Shown: piece after piece, positions 26,801-38,800 of the stretch
Numbering within the stretch: the stretch's first letter is position 1
How the letters are laid out: each line of letters starts with the position of its first letter
Source of the DNA: Octopus bimaculoides
Taxonomy: Eukaryota
DNA: 64,000 nt
NCBI RefSeq assembly: GCF_001194135.2
Contig: NC_068995.1
Coordinates: 31,020,781-31,084,780, forward strand
Direction of reading: 5' to 3'
Made by a program: the position numbers and the translations under genes
Notes under the pieces: model-generated
Database searches by the model: none
The model's input: the letters and a program-made list of their open reading frames with translations, nothing else
What the model was told of the DNA's origin: nothing

Positions 26801-29800
26801 TGAGAGTGTAGTGGGTGCTTTTTACGTGCCACCAGCACAGAAGCCAGTCGGGGTGATGGAGCTGGCATCGACCATGTTTGGTTGGTGCTTTTTACATGCC
26901 ACTGGCCCGGGAGCCAGTCAGGCAGCGCTGGCATCAGCCACGTTTGGATGGTGTTTTTTATGTGCCACTGGCACAGGAACCAGTTGGGGCAAGGGAGTTG
27001 GCATTGACTACGTTTGGATGGTGCTTTTTAACGTGCCACCAGCACGGGGGGTTAGTCAGGCGGCACTTACAACGACTCACGTATTGTGTACAAATACTGA
27101 TGCCAAGAGAAGGTGACACATGCACATGTGCACACAGCTTCTTTCAGTTTCGGTCTACCAATTCCACTCAAAAGGCTTTGGTCAACCTTGGGCAATAGTA
27201 GAAGACACTTTCTTACTGAAGGTGCTGCTCATTAGGACTGAACCCAAAACCATGTTGTTGGAAGCAAACTTCTTAAGCACTCAGCCATTTCTACATTTGT
27301 GCATTTATATTTTAATATGTTCATGTACACCTCAAAATAAGCAATAAGCTCTTTTATCTCTTTTACTTGTTTCAGCCATTACACTGCGGCCATGCTGGGG
27401 CACCGTCTTGAATTTTTAGTTGAATGAATCAACCCCAGTACTTACTATTTTTTTTAAAGCCTGGTACTTACTCTATCAATCTCTTTTGCCAAGCTGCTAA
27501 GTTATGGGGACGTAAGCACACCAACACCGATTGTCAAGCAGTGGTGAGGGACAAATACATACACAAAGACACACACACACACATATAAATGATGGGCTTC
27601 TTTCAGTTTCTGTGTACCAAATCCACTCAAGGCTTGCCCAAGGTGCCACAAAGTAGGTCTGAACCCAGAACCATGTGGTTGAGAAACAAACTTCTTACCA
27701 CAACATTAGCACATGCCCATTCTTACCCTCCCCCTCTCTCTCTTCCTCATACACACACACATATTCATTCACTCAAAAAGACATCCACACATGCTCTCAC
27801 TCAGTCAAACATGTAATAAATGTCTGTTGGAACTTTCAGAGATGAGAATGATGTTCCCCAGGTAATTGAAGCTATGTTGTCATTACCTGCTGACTGCCAT
27901 GTTGCTGTCAGGTATACCAGTATACAGTTAATTGGAGAACTCTGTGAATGGATTGAGAAACATCCTCACCTTTTAGGTAAGTTTACACACCTTCATCTTT
28001 CTCATTAACTTTTTATTTACTGTTGCAATAGTGTTGGTGGTCCCAGAAGCTCAGCTTGATTCTGCCTTGCTTTGCCTTAATTTAATCTATATTTACTAAT
28101 CAGTTGGTATTTTAGCTGTTATATTCATCTTCATTATGTATATGATGTCTTTATTGTTTACAACTTATATATGGCCCTTCTTGTAAAGATTGCACTAAGA
28201 TAACTGACTGCTACACTTTTAGAAATTGTTGTTTAACCAACCAGGGGCAGTCTGATTCTGTGGACCCATGATCAAAGAACTCCTAGCTGTGATCAGACAT
28301 AATCTATCCCAGACCACATTGTCTAATGTGCCCCTTTTGTTTTTTTCTTAACTGTAATGTGTAATTTGAGAGAGATTTAGATCTTGCAACTATATAGAGT
28401 GCTCTGCTGACACCGATCAAATAATTGTGTTATTGAGTTGGTATGATCTTTCCTACTGACCTTCCTAACTGGCCTCATTTTCATTGTTATCTCAAATGTT
28501 TCACCGACCCTGTCCTCCAGTATTACTAAAGCTTACTACTTTCTCTGCTAACTTGTAAGGAGTTTGGGTTACTCCAATCCAAATGTTCTGTGAAGGTTGA
28601 TGTAACTTGGAGAGTAATAAGGACATGGTTATTTTAAAGAAAATATTACTTTCAAATTTTGCCAGAAATTTGGGGGAAGGTGCTAAGTCTGTTAGATCGA
28701 CCCCAGTGCTAAACTGCTACTTACTTTATTGACCTTGAAAGAATGAAAGGCAAAATCAATCATGGCAGAATTTGAACCCAGAATCTAAAAAAAATATGAA
28801 TGAAATGCTGCTGTCTAATAACACTTTATCCACTTCCAGACATCAACCTATCTCAAAATATCACATCCCTTCCACTCTCCAGTCACTATCAAAATGTTAC
28901 AATTATGAATGAAGCTAAAATGAAATGTTTTTCTCTTCAGATCCTGTTCTACAGTTTCTCTTAGCGGGTCTCCAACAGTCTCTCTTGGCATCTGTGTCTG
29001 CAACTGCTCTCCAGAGTATCTGCACTGCTTGTCGTTCCCAAATGAGAGAACACTTTGATGGCCTTCTTCAGATAGCACAAGCCATGGATTCTTTTAATTT
29101 ATCCAACGATGCTGCCATTGGCCTGCTTAAAGGTAATCTTACAAATGTTTTACATATATTATTCATTGAAGTTCATTTCTATTCTGTGGGCTTATTGTTT
29201 GACGCTGCATATATTTTTGTTTTATTCTTTCACTCGTGTTTTCGTTTTGATCATTGGGCCGTAGCCGTACTGGAGCAGAGCTCCTGGATTTTTTTTTTTA
29301 GCTATTTAGCTTTTTCAAAACCAGTTTGGGAGTCATCTTACTGAAAGTTTACCAGTTACCTCCCTTATAGAAACTTTACTAGGTATTTACTCTCTCCCCC
29401 CTACACACACATGCCTTCCTCAACTCATCATGGAATTGTATGGGTGTCATTATGCAGGCATATCTTAAGCATTTTAAACCTAGCAAAGCCCATCACTCTC
29501 TGAGAACAAAGGAATGTGTATGTGTGCACATATATATGTGTGTGTGTGTGTGACAAACTTCTACACAACTTCTGTCTACCAAATTTCACTCACAAGACAT
29601 TGGTCAACGTGAGGATACATGAGAAGACCTCTTACCGTGGGTTATCTTAAAGTGGTGGGTAAGATTGAACCTGAAAATATTTGGTTGTGAAGACAACTTC
29701 TTAACCATCTATCAATGTAGGTTTGATTTCTGTTTTATTTGATTCAAACATTTCCACTCGCAATGGCTCAACAGTTAAAATGTTGAAACAATCACCACTT

Positions 29801-32800
29801 CATCATAAATTCAAACTTCACTTCAAGGCATTATATTGCTTGTTTTAGTTTGCTCTGAAACTCACATTTGATCTCTAATTGTAGTCATTTCATTCTATTT
29901 ATGAGGTCAATTTTCTTTTTACTTGTCTCCTTTTAATTTACAAATTTACTCTCTAACTTATTATAGAGGTAGTTCTCCACCCAACTAACTTATCTAATTT
30001 GTCCTCATCACATTACCTGAGTAAGAAATCTGTCACAAGTGTTACAACAACAGATTGGTTCGGAGACAAAATATAACTTTTCTTTTTTTAATGGTTGTGT
30101 GTGGAAGGGGGCTATGTCCATGCCCTTGACACTTCTGAGATCAGTAATTGATGTCCTTGAACAAATACAGGATTGTCTTGGACTGGGAGGGAATTCCAGA
30201 GATAATGTTCTGAGAAAGTTTGATGAACACAATGTGGGTGATGAAATTAGAGATGAGTGCATCGAGTGGGAACTAGTTGGTGACATTATGTGACCTACCA
30301 GATTCAAGGCAGGAATAGAATTGTACCACTGTAGAAGTGGTACAATTAATAGGGTGAAGTACCAGTTATATACTAGGGAGTGGGGAGGCAGCAATCTGAT
30401 CAACTGTTCTCTTCAAATCTGTGAACTTTGCCACTGGTTGAAATTATTGTTAACTAACAATTTTTTTTACTCATTTTCTCCCTAAGGAACTGCAACCATC
30501 TTGACTCAATTACCGTATGAAAGTGTTGGAGAAGGATTGAAGAAATTGTGCTCTTTTCAGTTGACTCCATTAAATAAGGTAAAGTGTGATGATGTCCTCC
30601 TTCCTACATCTTCTCTCTCATGGTGTTTTATGTCTGTATTAATGTAGCAGACACTGGTCCAGCTGTCCACCCACTGAGGTCCAGTTGTTGGGAGCAGTAT
30701 TCATGATGATGATGATGGTGGTAGCACTGCTGCTGCTGGTTGCCATTGCTGCCACCTACCATTGCCATCACCACGTCTGAAACTAGTTCTTGTTGTTTAG
30801 TCTCAGGTCAGAATAGATTATGAAATGTCTAGAAAATAAAGCAAAATAATTATATTGCTATAAAAAAAAAAACAGAAAGAGCAAAGACATGAATTTCACA
30901 AGGTACAGGACAGCTAAAACGAGACATGGAGTAATTTTTCATCATCATTTTATGCCTGCTTGTCATGTTAGCTTCTCATGTGTTGTTGGTACCAGGTAGA
31001 GAGGATTCTTTAGTCTTGATACAAGCACCATCTTTAATATTGGTGCTATGATAATATGATCCCAGGCCACACTATAAAGTGATTGGTGACAGCAAGGGTG
31101 TCCAGCAGTAAAAAACCATGTCAAAAACCAAAAATGCTATAATAACAAAGATTGTTGGCTTCCTTTGTTATCAGAAGGTCCACCAAAAATGTTCAGATGC
31201 TGTCAAAGAAGTCCTGTCTGTGTCAGCAAAGGAAAACAAATATAAAATTATGTTCCACTCCTTCATAGACTTTCTACAACACCACTTATTTTTAACTATG
31301 TTCCATTTGTTACTGATTTATTATGATAATTATTAAAATAATTCTATTAAATTATTGCAGCTCATTAATGAAGGAGAGGTCAATGTAAAGCAAGGCAGTA
31401 GCCATGATCCAACACTTTGGTTGGATGGGTTAGCAGCAATTTTCAGGTAATTTAATCCCTCACTCTGATATCATAAAATAATGGCCTTCTTGTATTTCCT
31501 GTTATTGTTCTCCAGCTCCTCCTTCATTAAGAACCATTCCAGCCGTGCCCATGCTACATTATGGTACCTACTGCATTATCAGATGTGTCTGTTTCATTTA
31601 TATACTTGTGCGCATGCATACACACATGCACAATAGGGTTATTACTTCTGATTGTAGCAAAAAGTCTTTCCATCTGAGTGAATGGCATATTGTACAATAC
31701 TTGTGTACAAATAGCAGTGCTGCATCGTAGTGAAATGTGGACCTTGAATGCAGTGGACGTGAAGAGTAGAAAGGAATGAAGCTAGTAAGCTCTGATGAAT
31801 GTGTAACATCACTGTGCATGCATGACAAAGTGAAACGTATTGAGAAAAATTGGTTATAAGAGGAATCAGATGTAGTGTGCAAGTGGGAAGGCTGTGTTGA
31901 TGTGGTCATGTGATGTGTATGGATGATGACAGCTGTATAACGAAATGCTGACTGCTTAAACTGGATGGAATATGAGGAAGATGGAAACCCAGGAAGGTAT
32001 GGGATGAACTAGTGAAGACTGATCTCAAAACGTTGAGCCTTGTGGAGGAGATGATAAGTGTTTCATTTTGTTCAATGATACCTGACTGTCAGTAAGCAGT
32101 TGGTTTATGTGTATGCACTCACCAGGCCTTGCCCTTGCATCCAATTTACTCCCTCAAGCATTCTCCACCTCTCTTCTTCCTATCACTCATCCTTCAATCA
32201 CTTCTTTAACAATGGCATTATTCAGCTTCTGTAATCACATGACAGCAGAATCTGCACATATTTCTTTGCCTTTTTGCTTCTAGCTACACCAGCCTCCCTG
32301 GAATCACTTCCTTTAACATCCATCATTCCCAATATCATCTCTCCCCAGTTTATTCTTTGCAACTTACTACCCCTTTGTGTGCCTCCAGGTATCTCCCTGT
32401 CTCCTCTGAACTACATCTTAGGACTGCTATTCTTCATCTCTAACACCCTCTTATATCTGCTATCACTCTCAACACACTCCTTGCATTTGCTATTGATGCC
32501 ACTCCCTTCCATACTCACCACAGCCACCACTATGTACCTCTGAGCTTCATCCCTGTCCTTGTACATCACTCTCTCTCTCTCTCTCTCCCCTTTCTTATTT
32601 TCTGTGCCATCCACCTCTTCCTATATTACCACTTATCACTTCCCCCTTCCAGAACTATTTCTTTTACCCTCTCTCCCACACTAATATTTACTATTGACTA
32701 CACCACCACCCTTGCAAATTATTTACCACATTAACCCCTATTCCCTTCCATAACACCACTCACTCTCCTCTCTCACACTTCCCCATCTTCCACCTATACT

Positions 32801-35800
32801 CTCTCTCATGCTCACTTTTTCTTGTACCTTGAGATTATACCCTGACACCTCATCAGCAACATCTTCATCTTCTTTCCAGTTACTTCCATCCACCTTTATA
32901 TAATGTGAGGCAACCATATATATCTTCTTCAGCAAGACCCTGTACTTGTCCCTCTATCATACTTTAGGCCTAAAAACCTGGCATAATGCCACCTCCCCCG
33001 AGAAGGCTTCTTTTTCTTTGTCATTCAAGTTACTTGGCAGCCTTAACTTGTGCCAGTGTAACAAAACAGCAACCAGTACGCATTAAGTGGTAAGAAGGGC
33101 ATCCACCTGTAAAAACCATGCCAAAAGCTGACAATGGTGCTAGATGCAGTTCAATGAATCTTCTAGAATTGTGAAACCCGTGCTAGCAAGGAAGATGGAC
33201 ATTAAAGGATGATAATGACCCCCCTCCCAAACCAATCATCATTGTCCCTATCATTTCATATCTACTTTCTGTGCTGGCATGAGTTGGACAGTTAGAGTGG
33301 GTTCAACAGTTCAGAGGATTACATCTTGCTCCAATACCTCAGATTAGGCATGGTTTCCATGGCTTACAAAATGTACTGGGTGCATTTTTTTGACACCAGC
33401 AGCAGAGTGTGACAGTCTTGTCTGATGTTCTAACGAGTTAGGTATTGTGTGAGTGACAAAACATAGAAACAGAGTGTAAGAAACCTTGTCTGATTTTCTA
33501 CTTAGGGTTGACATGGAATCCAGACACATTGCAGACAATCTCTGATTAAGTGTTTAAAACAGCTTTTTTATTACAACTTTGTCTTTAGAGTGAAGAAGAT
33601 TACATGCCTTAAAAGCTTCTAGAATGGTTTGAATGTAATGTCAAGAAGGAAAATGGTGGTTTCTGACTTGCTCCTGAGGTGGTATCAAAATGGACAACTT
33701 TTTTGGCTGGTTTATTCTATAAAAGATGCAATTTTTTAAAAATCTTTATTTCCTACTAAAATTGTTAAGAATGTCTTACTAATTGTTTTCTTATTTTATT
33801 AATAGACATCTTAACCCATCTGTTCCAAATGGCCAACCTCATCCTTGCCAGTCTGTCATTCAGGAGGTAAACACATATTTTCTCACTTAATAATAATTAG
33901 TATTAATGAATTTACAAAAGTGGTGAGCTGGCAGAATCATTAGCATGCTGGGCAAAATACTCAGTGGTATTTCATCTATCTTCAAGTTCTGAATTCAAAT
34001 TCCGCCAAAGTCTACTTTGTCTTTCATCCTTTCGGGGTCAATAAAATAAGTACCAGTTGAATACTGAGATCGATGTAATCAACTTACCCTCCCCCAAAAT
34101 TGCTGGTTTTGTGCCAAAATTTGAAACCAATGTTAATGAATTTAAAATTGAATAAAATAGAAATATTTACTGAATTTTTTAGTTTTAGTTTTCTCATAAA
34201 TTTTCTTTTAAAAAAAAAGGGATTAAAATTTCTATGAAGGTGTTGGACAAGTTTTTGTTATTGAATGTAATAAATTGTAGTTTGGAGGTTAATTGCATTT
34301 TGCACACATTTCTATAAATTGTACCTTGGCCTTTATAATTGTGAAATGTATACTTCTGGCTAAAGGTGATGATTTGTTGGGTTTCAGACCCAGTGTTGGG
34401 TAATACACTTTGTTCTGAGTTCACCTTTTGAGGAAAAGGTGTTTAGTAGTTTATAAGTGTAACATCAGTAACACAGATAATGGTTAATAACACAGATAAT
34501 GGTTAATAACACAGATAATGGTTAATAACACAGATAATGGTTAATAACACAGATAATGGTTAATAACACAGATAATGGTTAATAACACAGATAATGGTTA
34601 ATAACACAGATAATGGTTAATAACACAGATAATGGTTAATAACACAGATAATGGTTAATAATTATACACAATTTAAGGTGGCGAGCTGGCAAAATTGTTA
34701 CCGCACCGAGAAAATGCTTTGCAGCATTTCGTCTGTCTTTACATTCTGAGTTCAAATTCTGCCGAGGTCGACTTTACCTTTCATCCTTTCAGGGTCGATC
34801 AAATAAGTACCAGTTGAGCTCAGGTTGATGTAATTGACTTACCCCGCCCCCTGAAATTGCCAAAATTTGAAACCAATAATTATACACACACACACATACA
34901 CACATGAGTGTCACCCATACTGTTGGCACATAAAAGGCACCCATGGCGATGACACATTAGAAGCACCCATGCTGATGACATGTTAAAGATACCTGATACA
35001 CTCAGTGGAGGGCATCCAACCGAAGGAACCAAACCAAAACAGATTGGGGCTCTGCTTACCAGTTCTAGTCAAAGCATCTAACCCATGCCAACATGGAAAA
35101 CAGACGCTACATTATGATGATGAAATATACACATATATATAACCATCATTGCCATCATCATTTTATTGTCCACTTCGTCATGCTTTTGCATGGGTCAGAT
35201 GAAATTTATTAAGGCAGTTAATCTGTGGCCTGATGTCCCTCTTGTCACCAACCTTTATCTGTTTCCAAGCAAGATGAATATTTCTCTATGGCCAGACATG
35301 TTTTTTCAGAATATCGGAAATGAATGACATTCATTTACAACTATCACACAATGTAAAGACAAAGAAACACATAGATGCATACACATATACACATACGTAA
35401 CGGTCTTCTATCAATTTCCATCTACTCACAAATTCACTCAGAAGGCTTTAGTTGGCACAGAACTATAGTAGAAGACCCTTGCCCAAGATGCAACACAGTG
35501 GGATTGAACCTGAAACAATGTGGTTGAAAAGCAAATTCCTTAACACACAGTCATACCTGCACTTGTACATATGTGTGTGTGGCTGTGTGGTTAAGAAGTT
35601 TGCTTTTCTAGTCTAGTTTCAGGTTCAGTTCTACTGTATAGCACTTAGGTATGAGTCTTCTATTATATCCACAGGCCAACTAAAGCTTTGTGAGTGAATT
35701 TCGTAAAAGGAAACTGAAAGAAGCCTGTCGTGTAATATCTGTGTGTGTTTATGTCTCCTTGTCTCAATATTGTACAATAGCTGTTACAAGCAACACCATC

Positions 35801-38800
35801 ATACAAAATGTGTTTGTTTTCAGTCTTCTGTGAAAGATATGTCCAGTTATGAGGAAATATTACTTTACTTGGAAACAAGTTGGGGTTGGCAACAGAATTG
35901 GCATCTGCCTGTAGAAAGTCTGCATCAGTGAATTCTGTCTGACCCATGCGAGCATGCAGAAGCAGATGTTAAAACAGTGATGACTTTGACTGTGTGAAAA
36001 AGATACTGAGATAGTTATTTTTCTTTATTGTTTCATTTGTGAAATCAGATATTTCCAGTTCTGTCTCAAGCTTGTGATAAATACCAATCAGATGTCCGTA
36101 TTGTGGAACGATGTTGTCGCTGTATTCGCTTTGCCATTCGCTGTCTTGGTAAGAACTCGGCATCTGTTTTACAACCATTAGTAACTCAGGTAAGAGTTTT
36201 TTTGTTCCTAAGGTCCTTCAGATGCTAACTGTCTTTTAAAGCAATAGTTATTTCATTGTTAATTCCATCTACATGCTTTGATTTTCTAGCCTAAAACCAT
36301 TTCAAGACATTTCTTATGTAGTACAATTAATTTTCAATCTAATTATATTTGGGCATAATTAAACTATTTCTGACTTTCACTATGGCTGTTTGCCAAATTT
36401 CACAACATTCATTAAAAACTTTGATAAAATTTAAATGAATCGTTTCAGTTTGGTTGCTATTAAAACAGCAAAAGGATTATTTTTTACATTATTATCATCA
36501 TCATCATCATCATCAATAAGGCAGCCAGCTGGCAGAGTTGTGAGCACATTGAACAACATGCTTAGCAGCATTTTGTCCATCTTTATGTTCTGAGTTCAAA
36601 TTCTGCCAAGGTCAGCTTTGTCTTTCATCCTTTTGGGGTCAGTAAAGTAAGTACTAGTTGAACACTGGATCAATGTATTGCTGGCCTTGTGCCAAAATTT
36701 GAAACCATTATTATTAATTTTTTTTTTTGTTTTCCCTTGCAGATGGTTAATCTGTATCAAGTCCATCAACACTCCTGTTTTCTTTATCTTGGAAGTATTT
36801 TAGTTGATGAATATGGCACAGACCCTAATTGTGTCCCTGGTTTGTTGAATATGCTGCAAGTAAGGACATCAAACTTGATATTTTATTGAAATTGTTCTAG
36901 TTTTTTTATTGTTGGTTGTTAAATACTCCCTGACCGTTTTTGCAGTTTGAATGAATATGCTGTTTAAAGATAACTTTAACATGAAGTAAATAGTTTCTAA
37001 ATTTCCATGACTCTTGGCAGATTGAATCTACATGAATATAGATGTGAAACAAACTTACTTCACAACCATGTCTGTTTTAACTTAGTTATGATGCTACAAT
37101 TTTCTCATTTGTTTCCATCGCAAGAAATTACAAACATTCAGGTTATTTCCATTTTATTTATTTTTTTTAATATGTATTTTATCTAGTGTTCTGTTTTTTG
37201 TTTTGTAGGCATTTTGTACGCCAGCCTTCAAACAACTTGAAGAACATAATGGTCTTCGCAACCATCCTGATACTGTTGACGACTTATTCCGTCTTTGCCT
37301 CAGGTTTGCTCTCTCTAAACTTTTAATCATTCTTAATGGTTTCAAACAGGAAGGGTTACGACAGCCTTGACCCTTTTATTGTAGGGCCTAATGAAGAAGG
37401 GTGGGGTGGGGTGGGGGCTTAAGCCATGACTCTTAGGGTTGCAGCAGCAGGATAGAGTGGTCTACAGACTGGAGACCTGAGCAGTGGATGAGGTTCACTA
37501 CACAACAAAAGGTACAGTCCCTCTAACAGGTGGTGATAGAGTTGGTGGAAAACTGGGCAGTGGATAAGGGCCACTGCACAGTACATGTAGTCCCTCTGAT
37601 TGTCTTCCACACAGTTTTCTGTTTAACTGGTTTTGTTCTTTAAACTTGTGTTGCTCAAACACTTGCTGAAGAAGATACTTGCTCAAGGTATCGTACACTG
37701 ATATTGCACCCAGAACTACAAGATTGCTAAATAACCTTCTTAACCACGCACCCTTGTCTTTTATTTTCCCTGGAATTCTTCTGTCACTCACTTTGAAAAC
37801 ACTTCCTGTCTTTTTACAACAGAACACTAACAAACTCATGGTTATTGTTGTTTAACTCCAGGCTAACACTGACATTGCAGGCCTATGATCTGAGGCGTTC
37901 CAACCATGACTATTCTGTCTTTTTTTTTTAGAAGCATGTCTAGGACTATGTCACCCAATATTACTTATTGAGGAAGAGTTGACTGTTATTTCTAGCATTT
38001 TGAGGATCTAGGTAGACTCCTGTAGCCAGATAAATCATACTACCCTTGTTTGTAATTATTCCAAACTTGTGTTGCTTCATTGTATCACATGATTCCATTC
38101 TGATCTAGGTTTGTGCAGCGAGCACCTGTTGCCTTTTTACAGTGTCAGATGTCTAAAGCTATTCTCTGCTGTTCAATAGCAGCATGTTCTCTTGATCACA
38201 GAGATGCTAATGCATCTGTGATGAAATTTCTTGAAGATTTAATTAACTGTGCAACAGCAAAAGAAGTAAGTCAAATATTTAGCTTTAAAAAAACCTTTTA
38301 TTTATTATTATTGTTATTATTACCGTTATTATTAATTAGTCCAAAGTGGCAAACTGGCAGAATTGTTAGCACGGCAGGCAAGATGCTTGGCAACATTTTG
38401 TCCGTCTTTATGTTTTGAGTTCAAATTCTGCTGAGGTTGATTTTTCCTTCATCCTTTTGGGTTTAGTAAAATAAATACCAGTTGAGCACTGGGGTTGATG
38501 TAATTGTACTTGCCCTCCTTCCAAACTTGTTGGCCGTATGCCAAAATTTGAAATCATCATTAATTAGTCCTGTTTAATCAGACTTATGATTAAAAGGGAT
38601 CAAGTTTTACTATCTATAGTATTGTCTATGATTACATTATCTAATATGACCTTAAACCTTTTTTGAGAGGCAGAAATGTCAAAGTGAACTAGGCTGGGGA
38701 AAATACTGCTTGTGCTGACAGGGCAGTATGACCATCTGGATAAGAAGTTTACTGTTTACTGGTGCCACATGTTTCCGCTTTCTTTCTGCTGTGCTCAACC

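Noticed and set aside
30008-30403. Overlapping 131-aa and 84-aa ORFs, considered as a Penelope GIY-YIG remnant or nested gene
   Set aside because: No GIY-YIG motif or other recognisable domain, and no convincing splice context.
33589-33679. Cryptic poison exon (ctttag| ... gag|gtggta) with an in-frame TAG
   Set aside because: The donor is weak, such site pairs are common by chance, and there is no supporting homology.
34469-34658. CRISPR-like array
   Set aside because: The units are directly adjacent with no unique spacers, there are no cas genes, and the context is a eukaryotic intron. It is a minisatellite.
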